Assembly (NCBI GenBank): GCA_017443175.1
Contig: JAFSOZ010000003.1
Coordinates: forward strand, 289,892-353,891
DNA length: 64,000 nt
Source of the DNA: Bacteroidales bacterium
GTDB taxonomy: Bacteria; Bacteroidota; Bacteroidia; Bacteroidales; WCHB1-69
Direction of reading: 5' to 3'
In this document: positions 17,029 through 25,757 of the stretch, in pieces
Numbering within the stretch: the stretch's first letter is position 1
How the letters are laid out: each line of letters begins with the position of its first letter
Notes under the pieces: model-generated
Told to the model about the DNA's origin: nothing
Seen by the model: the letters and a program-made list of their open reading frames with translations, nothing else
Database searches by the model: none
Position numbers and translations under genes: made by a program

Positions 17029-19116
17029 TTAATGCAGAACAACAATTTTTTTCTTGTAGGCAACAGTGCCGTCTTGGACAATTAACGTATAGAACCCATC
17101 AGGCAATGTCCTGACATTCAAATCAACAGCTCCCAAAACATTCTTTTCCGCACTTACCACACGTCCAGTGACATCATATAACATCACCACGGCTTCATCC
17201 AAGTGAGCTGGAACTCGAACATGTATGCTGGAATATGCAGGATTGGGGTAAATTGTGATTTCGTTCTCATCAAATTCCTCCAAGCCATCCGGAGAATAAT
17301 CTGAAGTCCAAGACAGCTCAAAACCATCTCCGCACAAATAATTGTCAGTCACAAATTCAACGAATACATAATTGCTGAAGAAAAGCAAATCTCTCGGACT
17401 GTCATTTTCAGAAAAAAGTGCAATCTGAGGTTTCTCTGGGTCAGACCAATCATAGAATGCTAACCGGTCACCTGCAGCCAAATCCAATTCGGAAAAAGCA
17501 AAATTGATCATTGAAGCATGGGGCAGATAGAATCGCCAGCTGCAATTAGCGTTATATTTGTACGAAGTTGGTCCGCTTCCGTCGGTCAGTGTACCATGAT
17601 ACTGTTGAATCAGGTCATCATGACAGAAGTTTTCATGTCTGGCCATTCTGAAATCCAGACGCCATCCCTGTGCTGTCACAGAATCATCGCTTCTGAATGT
17701 GATATACAGACTGTCGGAATTAAAGTAATAGGTGGTTCCCTGCTCTACCGTTCCGGAGAGCGTCAACAAAAGATTGCCCTGATCAGGATGTCCATCCCAG
17801 AAGCTCAAAGAGTCATGATTTTCCTGGGTTTCAAACGATTTGATTTTTATCATAAATCGATATGCTGCACCTTCAGTGAGCACAAACATGCAATCCGAAT
17901 TGTTCTGATAATCGGATGGGCCGCTGCCATCCTCAATCGTTCCATCCGAACAATGGATTTCACGATTAGCGCACATGTACGGGTAGTTCTCATCCCCGGG
18001 ATAGATATTTCTGATAATCCGCTGGGAATGCTGAAAACCATTTATCACATTGGAATCGCTATCGCTTGCAGTCAAAACATAGTAACCATTGGAACTGCCG
18101 CCCCACCCGAAATTGAAATGATAGTAATCGTCATTTTCATAGCCATCGCACACAAAAGCGTGGCCGCCATCATCGCTATGTCCAGCATAATACAAAGGTC
18201 TTTTGGCATTCAAATCCTCTTTTATGAAATTCTTCCACTGGGCCAACGTATAATCGTAACGGCGCAGGAATTGACAATTAGAGGAATAGCCGAAATAAGA
18301 AGCAAGTGCGTCAGGCACGCTTTCAGAATAGGCGCCTGATCCATCGGCACCATACATCATATCGACAGCAGTGGCACAATGGAATATCAATTTGGCCACT
18401 TCATTGTTAAAATGGCTCAGCTGATCCGTCATCGCATCATAACAATAGGTCTGTTGAGCAAAATTCACATAATAATCGCCATAATCCGTATGGTTGGTAT
18501 GGGAGCCCCAACCATGTGACGGATATCGATAATAATACATGATCATAGCCATTGCCACGGCGACGCAGCCATTGGGTGTACGCTGGTCATAGCCAGAGGG
18601 TGCATTCGCATCATGCGGGGAATATGCATTATAATATTTGGTCTGATTCCAAAGAGCCGTCAACAAGGGAGCAACACTTTGCGAAGTTTGGTCTTTAATT
18701 CCAGAAGCAGTTCTCAGAGACTCCCAGGCTTGGACCACCTTTAACGATGGTGTAGTCCCATGTTCCCGTGCGTATTGGATTTGTTTTGCATAGGAATCCA
18801 GCCACAACAGGGCTGCGGGAGCGGCCTCCTCCATGTAAAACTGTTGGTCCAAGGAATATGCCAGCACCGGAAAAACAGCATCATCGGCTGATAACACGAT
18901 AAATCCCTTGGAAAAATTCGCCACCAGCAGCAGGGTATCGGATCCGTCAGTTACAAAATGACAATCCTTAAGTTCCAGCGCACAAGCACTTTTCTGTTTG
19001 AAAGCGTTCACAGCAGCAGAAACAAGTTGTTTTCTGCCAACAGGTTTGGCAAACAAGGAAACGGATAAACAAAACAGCAAGAGCAGCCCTATAGATTTCT
19101 TTGAATTTGTCAGCAT
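17029..19116 (-). CDS. Peptidase C10 (streptopain family) with I69-type propeptide, two CUB domains and a T9SS type-A C-terminal sorting domain
   Basis: Catalytic Cys context NGCVAVAMAMIMYYYRYP. Catalytic His context DGGHAFVCDGYENDDYYHFNFGWGG. CUB-like modules are CSDGTIEDGSGPSDYQNNSDC... and GTLTDGSGPTSYKYNANCSW.... The tail is ITIYPNPAYSSIHVRV...LPDGFYTLIV. I chose ATG 19116 because a -7 box overlaps the upstream ATG at 19143. Confidence 0.85.
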   Translation of the reverse strand: MLTNSKKSIGLLLLFCLSVSLFAKPVGRKQLVSAAVNAFKQKSACALELKDCHFVTDGSDTLLLVANFSKGFIVLSADDAVFPVLAYSLDQQFYMEEAAPAALLWLDSYAKQIQYAREHGTTPSLKVVQAWESLRTASGIKDQTSQSVAPLLTALWNQTKYYNAYSPHDANAPSGYDQRTPNGCVAVAMAMIMYYYRYPSHGWGSHTNHTDYGDYYVNFAQQTYCYDAMTDQLSHFNNEVAKLIFHCATAVDMMYGADGSGAYSESVPDALASYFGYSSNCQFLRRYDYTLAQWKNFIKEDLNAKRPLYYAGHSDDGGHAFVCDGYENDDYYHFNFGWGGSSNGYYVLTASDSDSNVINGFQHSQRIIRNIYPGDENYPYMCANREIHCSDGTIEDGSGPSDYQNNSDCMFVLTEGAAYRFMIKIKSFETQENHDSLSFWDGHPDQGNLLLTLSGTVEQGTTYYFNSDSLYITFRSDDSVTAQGWRLDFRMARHENFCHDDLIQQYHGTLTDGSGPTSYKYNANCSWRFYLPHASMINFAFSELDLAAGDRLAFYDWSDPEKPQIALFSENDSPRDLLFFSNYVFVEFVTDNYLCGDGFELSWTSDYSPDGLEEFDENEITIYPNPAYSSIHVRVPAHLDEAVVMLYDVTGRVVSAEKNVLGAVDLNVRTLPDGFYTLIVQDGTVAYKKKIVVLH

Positions 19117-19140
19117 TCGTTCAGATTTTTTAAAAGGCCG

Positions 19141-19148
19141 CAAATATA
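19141..19148 (-). promoter_or_regulatory. -7 promoter box TATATTTG (minus) for the C10 peptidase operon
   Basis: Plus-strand caaatata, immediately after the upstream terminator and about 25 nt upstream of ATG 19116. Confidence 0.5.
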
Positions 19149-19149
19149 C

Positions 19150-19178
19150 AAAAAAGGATATTTGGTTAAAATATCCTT
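19150..19178 (-). terminator. Rho-independent terminator after the four-helix-bundle gene
   Basis: Perfect 10-bp stem aaggatattt / aaatatcctt with a 5-nt loop, followed by a T-run on the minus strand. Confidence 0.7.
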
Positions 19179-19202
19179 TAGTTCAATTTATTTCGAAAAA
19201 AA

Positions 19203-19655
19203 TCAGAAATTGTTGATATCCGCCATCGGAATAAACGGGTCGTCTTCTTTGTCATCGCGGCCGAGGCCTCCCGTACTTCTCTGTAGAGATGCGATGAGGG
19301 ATCCTATCATCTTGGTGAGCTCCATCAACTGACTACGGGAATAGTTAACAGACTCTTCGCCCATCAGTTGCTTGCGAGACATCATTTCCGTATAGACCAC
19401 GCACTCGCGGACAGAGCTTTTGGCCATTTTCAGATAATAAAGAAATTGTGTCTTGCTTCGCGAAGAGCCTTCCGCCGTGTTGAGTGCGATATTCTGTGCC
19501 GATTTCAAGAAGGATTCTTTCAGCACATTCACCGCACTGCCGTCGGTCATTTTTTCAATCTCAGCATAGAGCCATGTAATATAGTCCATGGCCTTTGCAT
19601 AAATTCTCAAATCTTCAAATCTGAAGAAACTTACATTAACATTAGATTCGTTCAT
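19203..19655 (-). CDS. Four-helix-bundle protein (23S rRNA intervening-sequence protein family)
   Basis: MNESNVNVSFFRFEDLRIYAKAMDYITWLY...IALNTAEGSSRSKTQFLYYLKMAKSSVRECVVY. ATG 19655 (cat 19653-19655). Confidence 0.8.
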   Translation of the reverse strand: MNESNVNVSFFRFEDLRIYAKAMDYITWLYAEIEKMTDGSAVNVLKESFLKSAQNIALNTAEGSSRSKTQFLYYLKMAKSSVRECVVYTEMMSRKQLMGEESVNYSRSQLMELTKMIGSLIASLQRSTGGLGRDDKEDDPFIPMADINNF

Positions 19656-19680
19656 AATATAGGATTTAATTATTAAGGGC

Positions 19681-19688
19681 CCAAAGAT
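19681..19688 (-). promoter_or_regulatory. -7 promoter box TATCTTTG (minus)
   Basis: Plus-strand caaagata, 26 nt upstream of ATG 19655. Confidence 0.5.
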
Positions 19689-19786
19689 AATGTTTTTTTT
19701 CAAACAATCCACTTTTTTTACTTTTCTGCGTTTTTTCAAAATTCAGTGGAAGATTGGATTCAGCACGTTCCAAGTCTATTTTTTAT

Positions 19787-19794
19787 TACTTTTG
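19787..19794 (+). promoter_or_regulatory. -7 promoter box TACTTTTG for the M23-phoH-lpxK-PNP operon
   Basis: TAnnTTTG match 34 nt upstream of ATG 19828. Confidence 0.5.
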
Positions 19795-19827
19795 CACCGC
19801 ATTTCAACTGAAGTACGAACATAGAAC

Positions 19828-20736
19828 ATGGGGAAGCTACAGAAGCTAAAACACATCTGGGGTATCGTGGTAAAAAATTGGAAGACGAGATTCCGTCTGG
19901 TGTTCTCCAACGAGGAGACGCTGGAACAACGGCTGGTGGTTCAGCATATCACGATACAGAAAGCTGCAGTGGTCATTATCATTGCCGCTTTTGTGGTGAT
20001 TGTGCTCACCACTCTCCTCATTGCATTCACCCCGTTGCGGGTTTATATACCCGGCTACACTTCGCAAAAGGACTACAAGCAGTACAAATTGGCCGCAGCC
20101 AAAATAGACTCGTTGGAGAAGGCCATCGAGTATAATCAGCAGTTCATGGACAATTATATTGCGATGGCCAACGGGAGAGTGCCCACTGCCAACGAGATGG
20201 ACAGCAACGCCGCTGCCACGCCACAGGTACACGCAAAAAAACGCGACAGCTTGCGCACTCGCCAAAGCCACAAAATCCTTGAAGAAGCAGAGATGATTTT
20301 GGGGCGTGTGCAAAAGAACAACACGGCGAACACACCAGGCATCGATCAAGCCAAGATCTCCAACCTATCCATTTACCCTCCTGCCTCCGGTGCCGTATGC
20401 AGGCTCTTCAGTCCCGATGAAAACCATTATGGCATTGACATCAGAGGTTCTCAAAACAGCACTGTTTGTTGCGTCGCAGACGGGGTTGTCATTTTCGCGG
20501 GTTACAACGCCAACGACGGTCATTTCATTGTAGTTCAGCACCCTGGCAACCTCACTTCCATCTACAAGCGAAACAGTCGCGTACTGAAGCGCATCGGCGA
20601 CCGTGTATCCGCCGGAAGTCCCATAGCCCTCATGGGCAACACTGGCGCAACGGGGTCAAAAACAGCACACCTGCATTTTGAACTGTGGTATAACGGTTTC
20701 CCCATCAACCCATTAGATTATCTTGTCATACAATAA
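19828..20736 (+). CDS. M23 family peptidoglycan metalloendopeptidase (membrane anchored)
   Basis: HYGIDIRG...DGVVIFAG...GHFIVVQHPGNLTSIY...MGNTGATGSKTAHLHFELW, with an N-terminal TM helix. Confidence 0.88.
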   Translation: MGKLQKLKHIWGIVVKNWKTRFRLVFSNEETLEQRLVVQHITIQKAAVVIIIAAFVVIVLTTLLIAFTPLRVYIPGYTSQKDYKQYKLAAAKIDSLEKAIEYNQQFMDNYIAMANGRVPTANEMDSNAAATPQVHAKKRDSLRTRQSHKILEEAEMILGRVQKNNTANTPGIDQAKISNLSIYPPASGAVCRLFSPDENHYGIDIRGSQNSTVCCVADGVVIFAGYNANDGHFIVVQHPGNLTSIYKRNSRVLKRIGDRVSAGSPIALMGNTGATGSKTAHLHFELWYNGFPINPLDYLVIQ

Positions 20737-20739
20737 CCC

Positions 20740-21759
20740 ATGGAAAAAACAATCACTATTGAACCTTCAATGGTTGTCGGATTGTACGGCAGCCACAACG
20801 CCAACATAGACCTGCTCACGCACATTTTCCCGAAGCTCAAAATTGTAGCGCGCGGCAATGAGATAAAAGTGGCGGGGGAAGACCATGAAGTGGAAAACTT
20901 CGAAGAACGCATACACCTGCTGACAGCACATTTGGAGCAATACGGCAAGCTCACCGAGACCGACATCCTCAACATCTCCGCGATGGAGGACGACAGTTTC
21001 TACCGGCTGGACGACAACGGCAGCAATGTCATTGTACATGGTCGCGAAGGCAAAATCATCAAGGCAATCACGCCCAACCAAAAGAGGATGGTGGAGAGTG
21101 CGAACAAGAATGACATGGTGTTTGCCATCGGTCCTGCGGGCACAGGAAAGACCTACACAGCCGTAGCATTGGCCGTTAAAGCATTGAAAAACAAACAAGT
21201 TCGCCGTATCATCCTGACAAGGCCCGCCGTCGAAGCAGGTGAGAATCTGGGGTTTCTGCCCGGCGACCTGCGTGACAAGCTGGACCCTTACCTGCAACCG
21301 TTGTATGATGCGCTTTGGGACATGATTCCCATGCAGAAGCTGATGTCGTACATGGAAGACAAAGTGATAGAGATTGCGCCATTGGCTTTCATGCGCGGGC
21401 GCACGCTTGACAATGCATACGTCATCCTCGATGAGGCTCAAAACGCCACCTCAGCTCAGTTGAAGATGTTCCTGACACGTATGGGCAAGAATGCCAAGTT
21501 TTTCATCACGGGCGACATCACGCAAATCGACCTGCCCAAGAACCAGCAATCAGGCCTGCTACAAGCTGACCGCATTCTGAGCAAGATACCCGGGATTGAA
21601 TTCATTTACATGGACACCAAGGATGTGGTGCGCCACCATCTGGTGACCAAGATTATCAAGAGTTACGAAGAGTACGAAGAAAAGCAGGCCGCATACGAGC
21701 AGAAGCGAAAAGAGGAACGGCTGGCGCAAAAGGCAGAACAACAGACTGACCATGAGTAA
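20740..21759 (+). CDS. phoH: PhoH family ATPase
   Basis: AIGPAGTGKTYTAVALAV Walker A and the ...ILDEAQN... box. Confidence 0.9.
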   Translation: MEKTITIEPSMVVGLYGSHNANIDLLTHIFPKLKIVARGNEIKVAGEDHEVENFEERIHLLTAHLEQYGKLTETDILNISAMEDDSFYRLDDNGSNVIVHGREGKIIKAITPNQKRMVESANKNDMVFAIGPAGTGKTYTAVALAVKALKNKQVRRIILTRPAVEAGENLGFLPGDLRDKLDPYLQPLYDALWDMIPMQKLMSYMEDKVIEIAPLAFMRGRTLDNAYVILDEAQNATSAQLKMFLTRMGKNAKFFITGDITQIDLPKNQQSGLLQADRILSKIPGIEFIYMDTKDVVRHHLVTKIIKSYEEYEEKQAAYEQKRKEERLAQKAEQQTDHE

Positions 21760-22822
21760 GCCTTTGAAAGTTCGGCGTATATTGTATCCCCTCGCCTGGA
21801 TTTTCGGCGGGGCAGCGTGGCTTCGGCGTTTCATGTACAGCCGTGGCATTCTGAAGTCATACAAGCCCGAGATTCCTGTAGTATGCGTAGGCAATATCGC
21901 CATCGGCGGTACCGGCAAGACCCCGCACGCCGAATTCATCACGCGCACTTTGTCAGAGAACCACCATGTGGCCATGCTCAGCAGGGGCTACGGGCGTACG
22001 AGCAAGGGCTACCTCCTTGCCAACAGCATGCCCGAAGAACAGCTCACAGCTGAACTTATCGGCGACGAGCCCATGTTGCTGCACCAGCGGTTCCCCAACC
22101 TGCCCCTTGCGGTTGATGAAGACCGCAAGGACGGCATTGAGAAACTGCAAACATACGCTCCGGAGACCGACGTCATCGTGATGGACGACGCCTACCAGCA
22201 TCTGTCCGTCTCCCCCATCCTGCGCATGATTCTGACTGAATACGAGCGACCCTATTTCAAGGACTACCCGCTGCCTGCCGGGCGACTGCGCGAGTACCCA
22301 TCCGCGGTTCGCGATGCCGACTTGGTTATCGTAACCAAAGTCTCTGACGAACAAGTGGACCGTAATCTTTGGCGCAAGAAACTGGGCATCCGAAACAATC
22401 AGCCGTTGTTCTTCACCCGGTATAAATACGGGAAACCCGAACCTGTGACGCAACCAGCCAAAGATCTTACACTTGATGATAACTCTGAGATATTGCTACT
22501 CACCGGCATCGCCCGCTCCCAGCCTTTGCTGGAACATCTGCAAAAGGCTTACCACATCGAACGGCATTTCAAATTCCAAGATCATCACCGTTATACCTTA
22601 TCTGAAATTGAAAGCCTGAAAAAATATTTCAAGCATAACAGCGTTTTATTCACTACCGAAAAAGACTGGATGCGACTGCAATACAGCCACATCAAAAATT
22701 CATTATCTTTGCTGCCAGTTTTCATCCTCCCTATTGAGGTGGAATTTTTAACTGAAGAAGAAAACACTACATTCATAAACATTTTAGAAGACCATGTTAG
22801 AAGAGAGAAAAAAGAAGATTGA
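21752..22822 (+). CDS. lpxK: Tetraacyldisaccharide 4'-kinase
   Basis: PVVCVGNIAIGGTGKTPHAEFI motif. Overlaps phoH by 8 nt. Confidence 0.9.
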   Translation: MSKPLKVRRILYPLAWIFGGAAWLRRFMYSRGILKSYKPEIPVVCVGNIAIGGTGKTPHAEFITRTLSENHHVAMLSRGYGRTSKGYLLANSMPEEQLTAELIGDEPMLLHQRFPNLPLAVDEDRKDGIEKLQTYAPETDVIVMDDAYQHLSVSPILRMILTEYERPYFKDYPLPAGRLREYPSAVRDADLVIVTKVSDEQVDRNLWRKKLGIRNNQPLFFTRYKYGKPEPVTQPAKDLTLDDNSEILLLTGIARSQPLLEHLQKAYHIERHFKFQDHHRYTLSEIESLKKYFKHNSVLFTTEKDWMRLQYSHIKNSLSLLPVFILPIEVEFLTEEENTTFINILEDHVRREKKED

Positions 22823-23618
22823 AGAGACTGTTTCGTATTTAAAAAGCAAAACAAGCATACATCCCAAAGTAGCCATTGTGTTGGGTTCCGGTTTAGGCGG
22901 GCTCACTCAATCTGTAGAAATTGCTGATGAAATCCCCTACACGGAAATACCCAACTTTCCCGTTTCAACAGTCAAGGGACACAAAGGCTCTTTGATTTTC
23001 GGGAAGCTGAACAATACGGAAGTGATGGTCTTCAACGGTCGGATGCACTATTACGAGGGCTATCCGATGAGTGTAGTGACCTATCCGCAGCAGATTTTGA
23101 GTGGTTTGGGAGTGAAATGCATCATCCTTTCCAATGCCGCCGGCGGCATGAACCCCACCTTCAAGGTAGGCGACATCATGATCATTAAGGACCATATCAA
23201 CATGTTCGGCGACAACCCGCTGTTAGGGCCCAACGACGACACATTGGGACCGCGATTCCCCAACATGAGCGAAGTCTATTCGCACCGTCTTATCAAATTG
23301 GCCTATCAGAAAGCCGCGGAGACTGGTGTACACTTGCAGGAGGGCGTGTATATGGGCGTGACCGGCCCCTGCTTTGAGACTCCGGCTGAATACAAAATGT
23401 ACCACATCATGGGTGCCGACGCAGTGGGCATGTCCACAGTGCCGGAGGCCATCATGGCGCATCACAGAGGCATTGAAATCTTCGCTTTGTCGGTCATCAC
23501 CGATTTAGGCATTGTAGGACAGGTAATGGAAGCCACGCACGAAGAAGTTCTGCAAGCTGCCCAAACAACCGGCCCGAACATGGTAAAGCTGATTTTCGCC
23601 ATGCTGCCTGAGATGTAG
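22794..23618 (+). CDS. Purine nucleoside phosphorylase (inosine/guanosine type, PNP family I-2)
   Basis: VAIVLGSGLGGL...VKGHKGSLIFG...GRMHYYEGY...MSTVPEAI. Overlaps the lpxK 3' end by 29 nt. Confidence 0.88.
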   Translation: MLEERKKKIEETVSYLKSKTSIHPKVAIVLGSGLGGLTQSVEIADEIPYTEIPNFPVSTVKGHKGSLIFGKLNNTEVMVFNGRMHYYEGYPMSVVTYPQQILSGLGVKCIILSNAAGGMNPTFKVGDIMIIKDHINMFGDNPLLGPNDDTLGPRFPNMSEVYSHRLIKLAYQKAAETGVHLQEGVYMGVTGPCFETPAEYKMYHIMGADAVGMSTVPEAIMAHHRGIEIFALSVITDLGIVGQVMEATHEEVLQAAQTTGPNMVKLIFAMLPEM

Positions 23619-23620
23619 GA

Positions 23621-23956
23621 TCAGAATATAACCGGCAGCAACAGTTCCACGATTATAGCCACAAGCACGGCCACCAAGGCCACTTGGACCAAACCACGGT
23701 TTTTCCAAGCCATCACAATCGCCACCATCGTAGCAATGGACGCCGAAGCAAAATGCGGTGTGGTGGCACCTGTCGGCGTGGTGGAATAGATAACATCCGG
23801 AAAAGTCATGGCCGAGAGCACACAGAACGGGATGTAGAACAGAAAGTCCTTAATCCATTCATTCTCAAGTTTTTTCCGTACAAACCCGATAGGGATGAGG
23901 CGGATGAGATAGGTGGTGAGTGCCATGATTACCATACAGATGGCGATATTCTGCAT
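23621..23956 (-). CDS. azlD: Branched-chain amino acid exporter small subunit AzlD
   Basis: Small hydrophobic protein directly downstream of azlC. The start is ambiguous: GTG 23971, ATG 23965 or ATG 23956. The value given is ATG 23956 (MQNIAICMVIMALTTYLIRL). Confidence 0.75.
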   Translation of the reverse strand: MQNIAICMVIMALTTYLIRLIPIGFVRKKLENEWIKDFLFYIPFCVLSAMTFPDVIYSTTPTGATTPHFASASIATMVAIVMAWKNRGLVQVALVAVLVAIIVELLLPVIF

Positions 23957-23957
23957 A

Positions 23958-24698
23958 CTACACATGGGCACCTCCTTCCTGAACTTGTTTTCTTTTGAAG
24001 CGCTTCACCTCCTTGATGGAGGCGCAAATGGCCGCACCAAGGATAGCGGAGATGATGATGGCCCAGCCACCACCGCCGCTTTTGGAAAGCACATTGATAC
24101 CAGGCACATATTTGAGCAGGCAGGATAGCAGTGCCGAGACAATGACCGCGATGGCCACCTTCCTGCCCTTGCGCGCCGGCGGGATGATGATGGCAATGAA
24201 CATACAGTAGAGCGCGATGCCAAAGCAGCCCTGAAGCATGGGCGAAAGCAGGCTGGAAGCCACTGCACCGAGGCAAGTTCCCAGCGTCCATCCGAAAATC
24301 GGGGTGGCCATCAAACCGCCGAAAAACGGGAAGCTCACATCCTCTTTTTCCATAGAGGCCAGCGCAAAGACCTCATCGGTGATACAGAATGCCATGACGG
24401 CACGTTTGTAGAAGGGCATGTCGGAGGCCACCTTCTGGGAAAGCGACAGCGACATCAGCATGTAGCGCAGGTTTATAACAAAGGTGGTGATTACCAGCTC
24501 GATATACGGTGCGCCTCCCTCTATGAGGCGTATGCCGGCAAACTGGCCCGCCGAAGCCATGTTGGTGAGTGAGATAATAGTGGCTTCCAACGGATTAAAA
24601 CCCATCTTCACAGCAATCAACCCGAAGGTAAAAGAGACAGGTATGTAGCCCAAGCAGATGGGAAAACCTTTCTTTATACCTCTAAAAAATTCATTCAT
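23958..24698 (-). CDS. azlC: Branched-chain amino acid exporter AzlC
   Basis: GIKKGFPICLGYIPVSFTFGLIA...AGQFAGI...INLRYMLMSLSL. Confidence 0.85.
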   Translation of the reverse strand: MNEFFRGIKKGFPICLGYIPVSFTFGLIAVKMGFNPLEATIISLTNMASAGQFAGIRLIEGGAPYIELVITTFVINLRYMLMSLSLSQKVASDMPFYKRAVMAFCITDEVFALASMEKEDVSFPFFGGLMATPIFGWTLGTCLGAVASSLLSPMLQGCFGIALYCMFIAIIIPPARKGRKVAIAVIVSALLSCLLKYVPGINVLSKSGGGGWAIIISAILGAAICASIKEVKRFKRKQVQEGGAHV

Positions 24699-24728
24699 AA
24701 ATAGTTAACGGGTTGACTTTCAAGGCTG

Positions 24729-24736
24729 CAAAGATA
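24729..24736 (-). promoter_or_regulatory. -7 promoter box TATCTTTG (minus) for azlCD
   Basis: Plus-strand caaagata, 31 nt upstream of ATG 24698. Confidence 0.5.
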
Positions 24737-24830
24737 GTAAAAAAATGGCAGTCAGCGAGGTAATGCCCTATCCTCTCATCAAACAAGGCTTCGAAGGCAA
24801 GTTTTGGTATCCCCAAATCAATAAATTTAG

Positions 24831-24838
24831 TATCTTTG
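24831..24838 (+). promoter_or_regulatory. -7 promoter box TATCTTTG for the FGE-family lipoprotein gene
   Basis: TAnnTTTG match about 89 nt upstream of ATG 24927. Confidence 0.5.
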
Positions 24839-24926
24839 CAAGCTTGGGTAAAAGCTTTGACTGCCACTGAATAACAGTGGCATAATGCACTGCGATTTTG
24901 TTCAAAACAAGCCTATCTGAAATTCG

Positions 24927-25757
24927 ATGAAACTGATATCAAAAACACAAAAGAAAAGCATTGCTTTGTGGCTTCTTGCCGCAATAATTTCATGTACATT
25001 GCCTACACACGCTCAAGATCCAGTCTGTCGCGTATTTCATGTGAACGACATTCCGTTAAGAATGGTGTTTGTGAAAGGCGGAGACATGCAATTAGGCTGC
25101 ACTGCAGAAAGGGATGACAGCTGTAAAGCTCGTGAAATTCCCAACCACACAGTGTCTTTGCCTGATTTCTATATGGGCGAAACGGAGGTAACCCAAGCCC
25201 TGTGGATGGCAGTGATGGGTCGGGACAACAATCCGAGCTATTGGAAAGGCAACTGGCTTCCCGTGGAGCGGGTGAGTTGGGCAGAGTGCCAGCGTTTTAT
25301 AAACCGCCTCAACAAGTTTCTCTCTGCCGATTTGCCGCAGGGTTATCGTTTCGCACTGCCGACCGAGGCCCAATGGGAGTATGCCGCCCGTGGTGGTCTC
25401 AAAAGCGCGGGCACCAGCTATTCAGGTGGCAATGACCTGAAACAAGTCGCATGGTTTTATAGCAACAGCAACGAACGCACCCACGATGTCCGTATCAAGA
25501 CTGCGAACGAGCTGGGACTATTCGACATGAGCGGAAACGTTTGGGAATGGTGTCAGGATTGGTTCGATGAAAACTACTATGCGGAGAACAAGGACTGGAA
25601 TAATCCTTTGAACGACCAAGAAACAGCATATCGTGTACAGCGGGGCGGCAGCTGGAACTATGCAGCTCCCTATCAACGCTGTGCCAACCGCGATCGCGGC
25701 AGCATCTACTCCCGCTACGAGGATTGTGGCTTCAGGGTTGCGCTAATACCAAAATAA
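24927..25757 (+). CDS. Formylglycine-generating-enzyme (SUMF1/EgtB/PvdO) family lipoprotein
   Basis: Lipobox LLAAIISC. Motifs are GLFDMSGNVWEWCQDWF, RVQRGGSW and CGFRVA. Confidence 0.85.
   Translation: MKLISKTQKKSIALWLLAAIISCTLPTHAQDPVCRVFHVNDIPLRMVFVKGGDMQLGCTAERDDSCKAREIPNHTVSLPDFYMGETEVTQALWMAVMGRDNNPSYWKGNWLPVERVSWAECQRFINRLNKFLSADLPQGYRFALPTEAQWEYAARGGLKSAGTSYSGGNDLKQVAWFYSNSNERTHDVRIKTANELGLFDMSGNVWEWCQDWFDENYYAENKDWNNPLNDQETAYRVQRGGSWNYAAPYQRCANRDRGSIYSRYEDCGFRVALIPK

Noticed and set aside
24746-24871. 41-codon ORF (MAVSEVMPYPLIKQGFEG...) in the azlC / FGE-gene spacer
   Set aside because: It contains the -7 promoter box of the downstream gene within it and has no recognisable features. 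It is most likely non-coding.
24927-25757. Diversity-generating retroelement target (the FGE/C-type-lectin fold here and the FISUMP domain at 57727-58310 are folds known as DGR variable-protein scaffolds)
   Set aside because: There is no reverse transcriptase gene in the window. I found no template-repeat copy of either 3' end by eye. The idea cannot be supported from this window.
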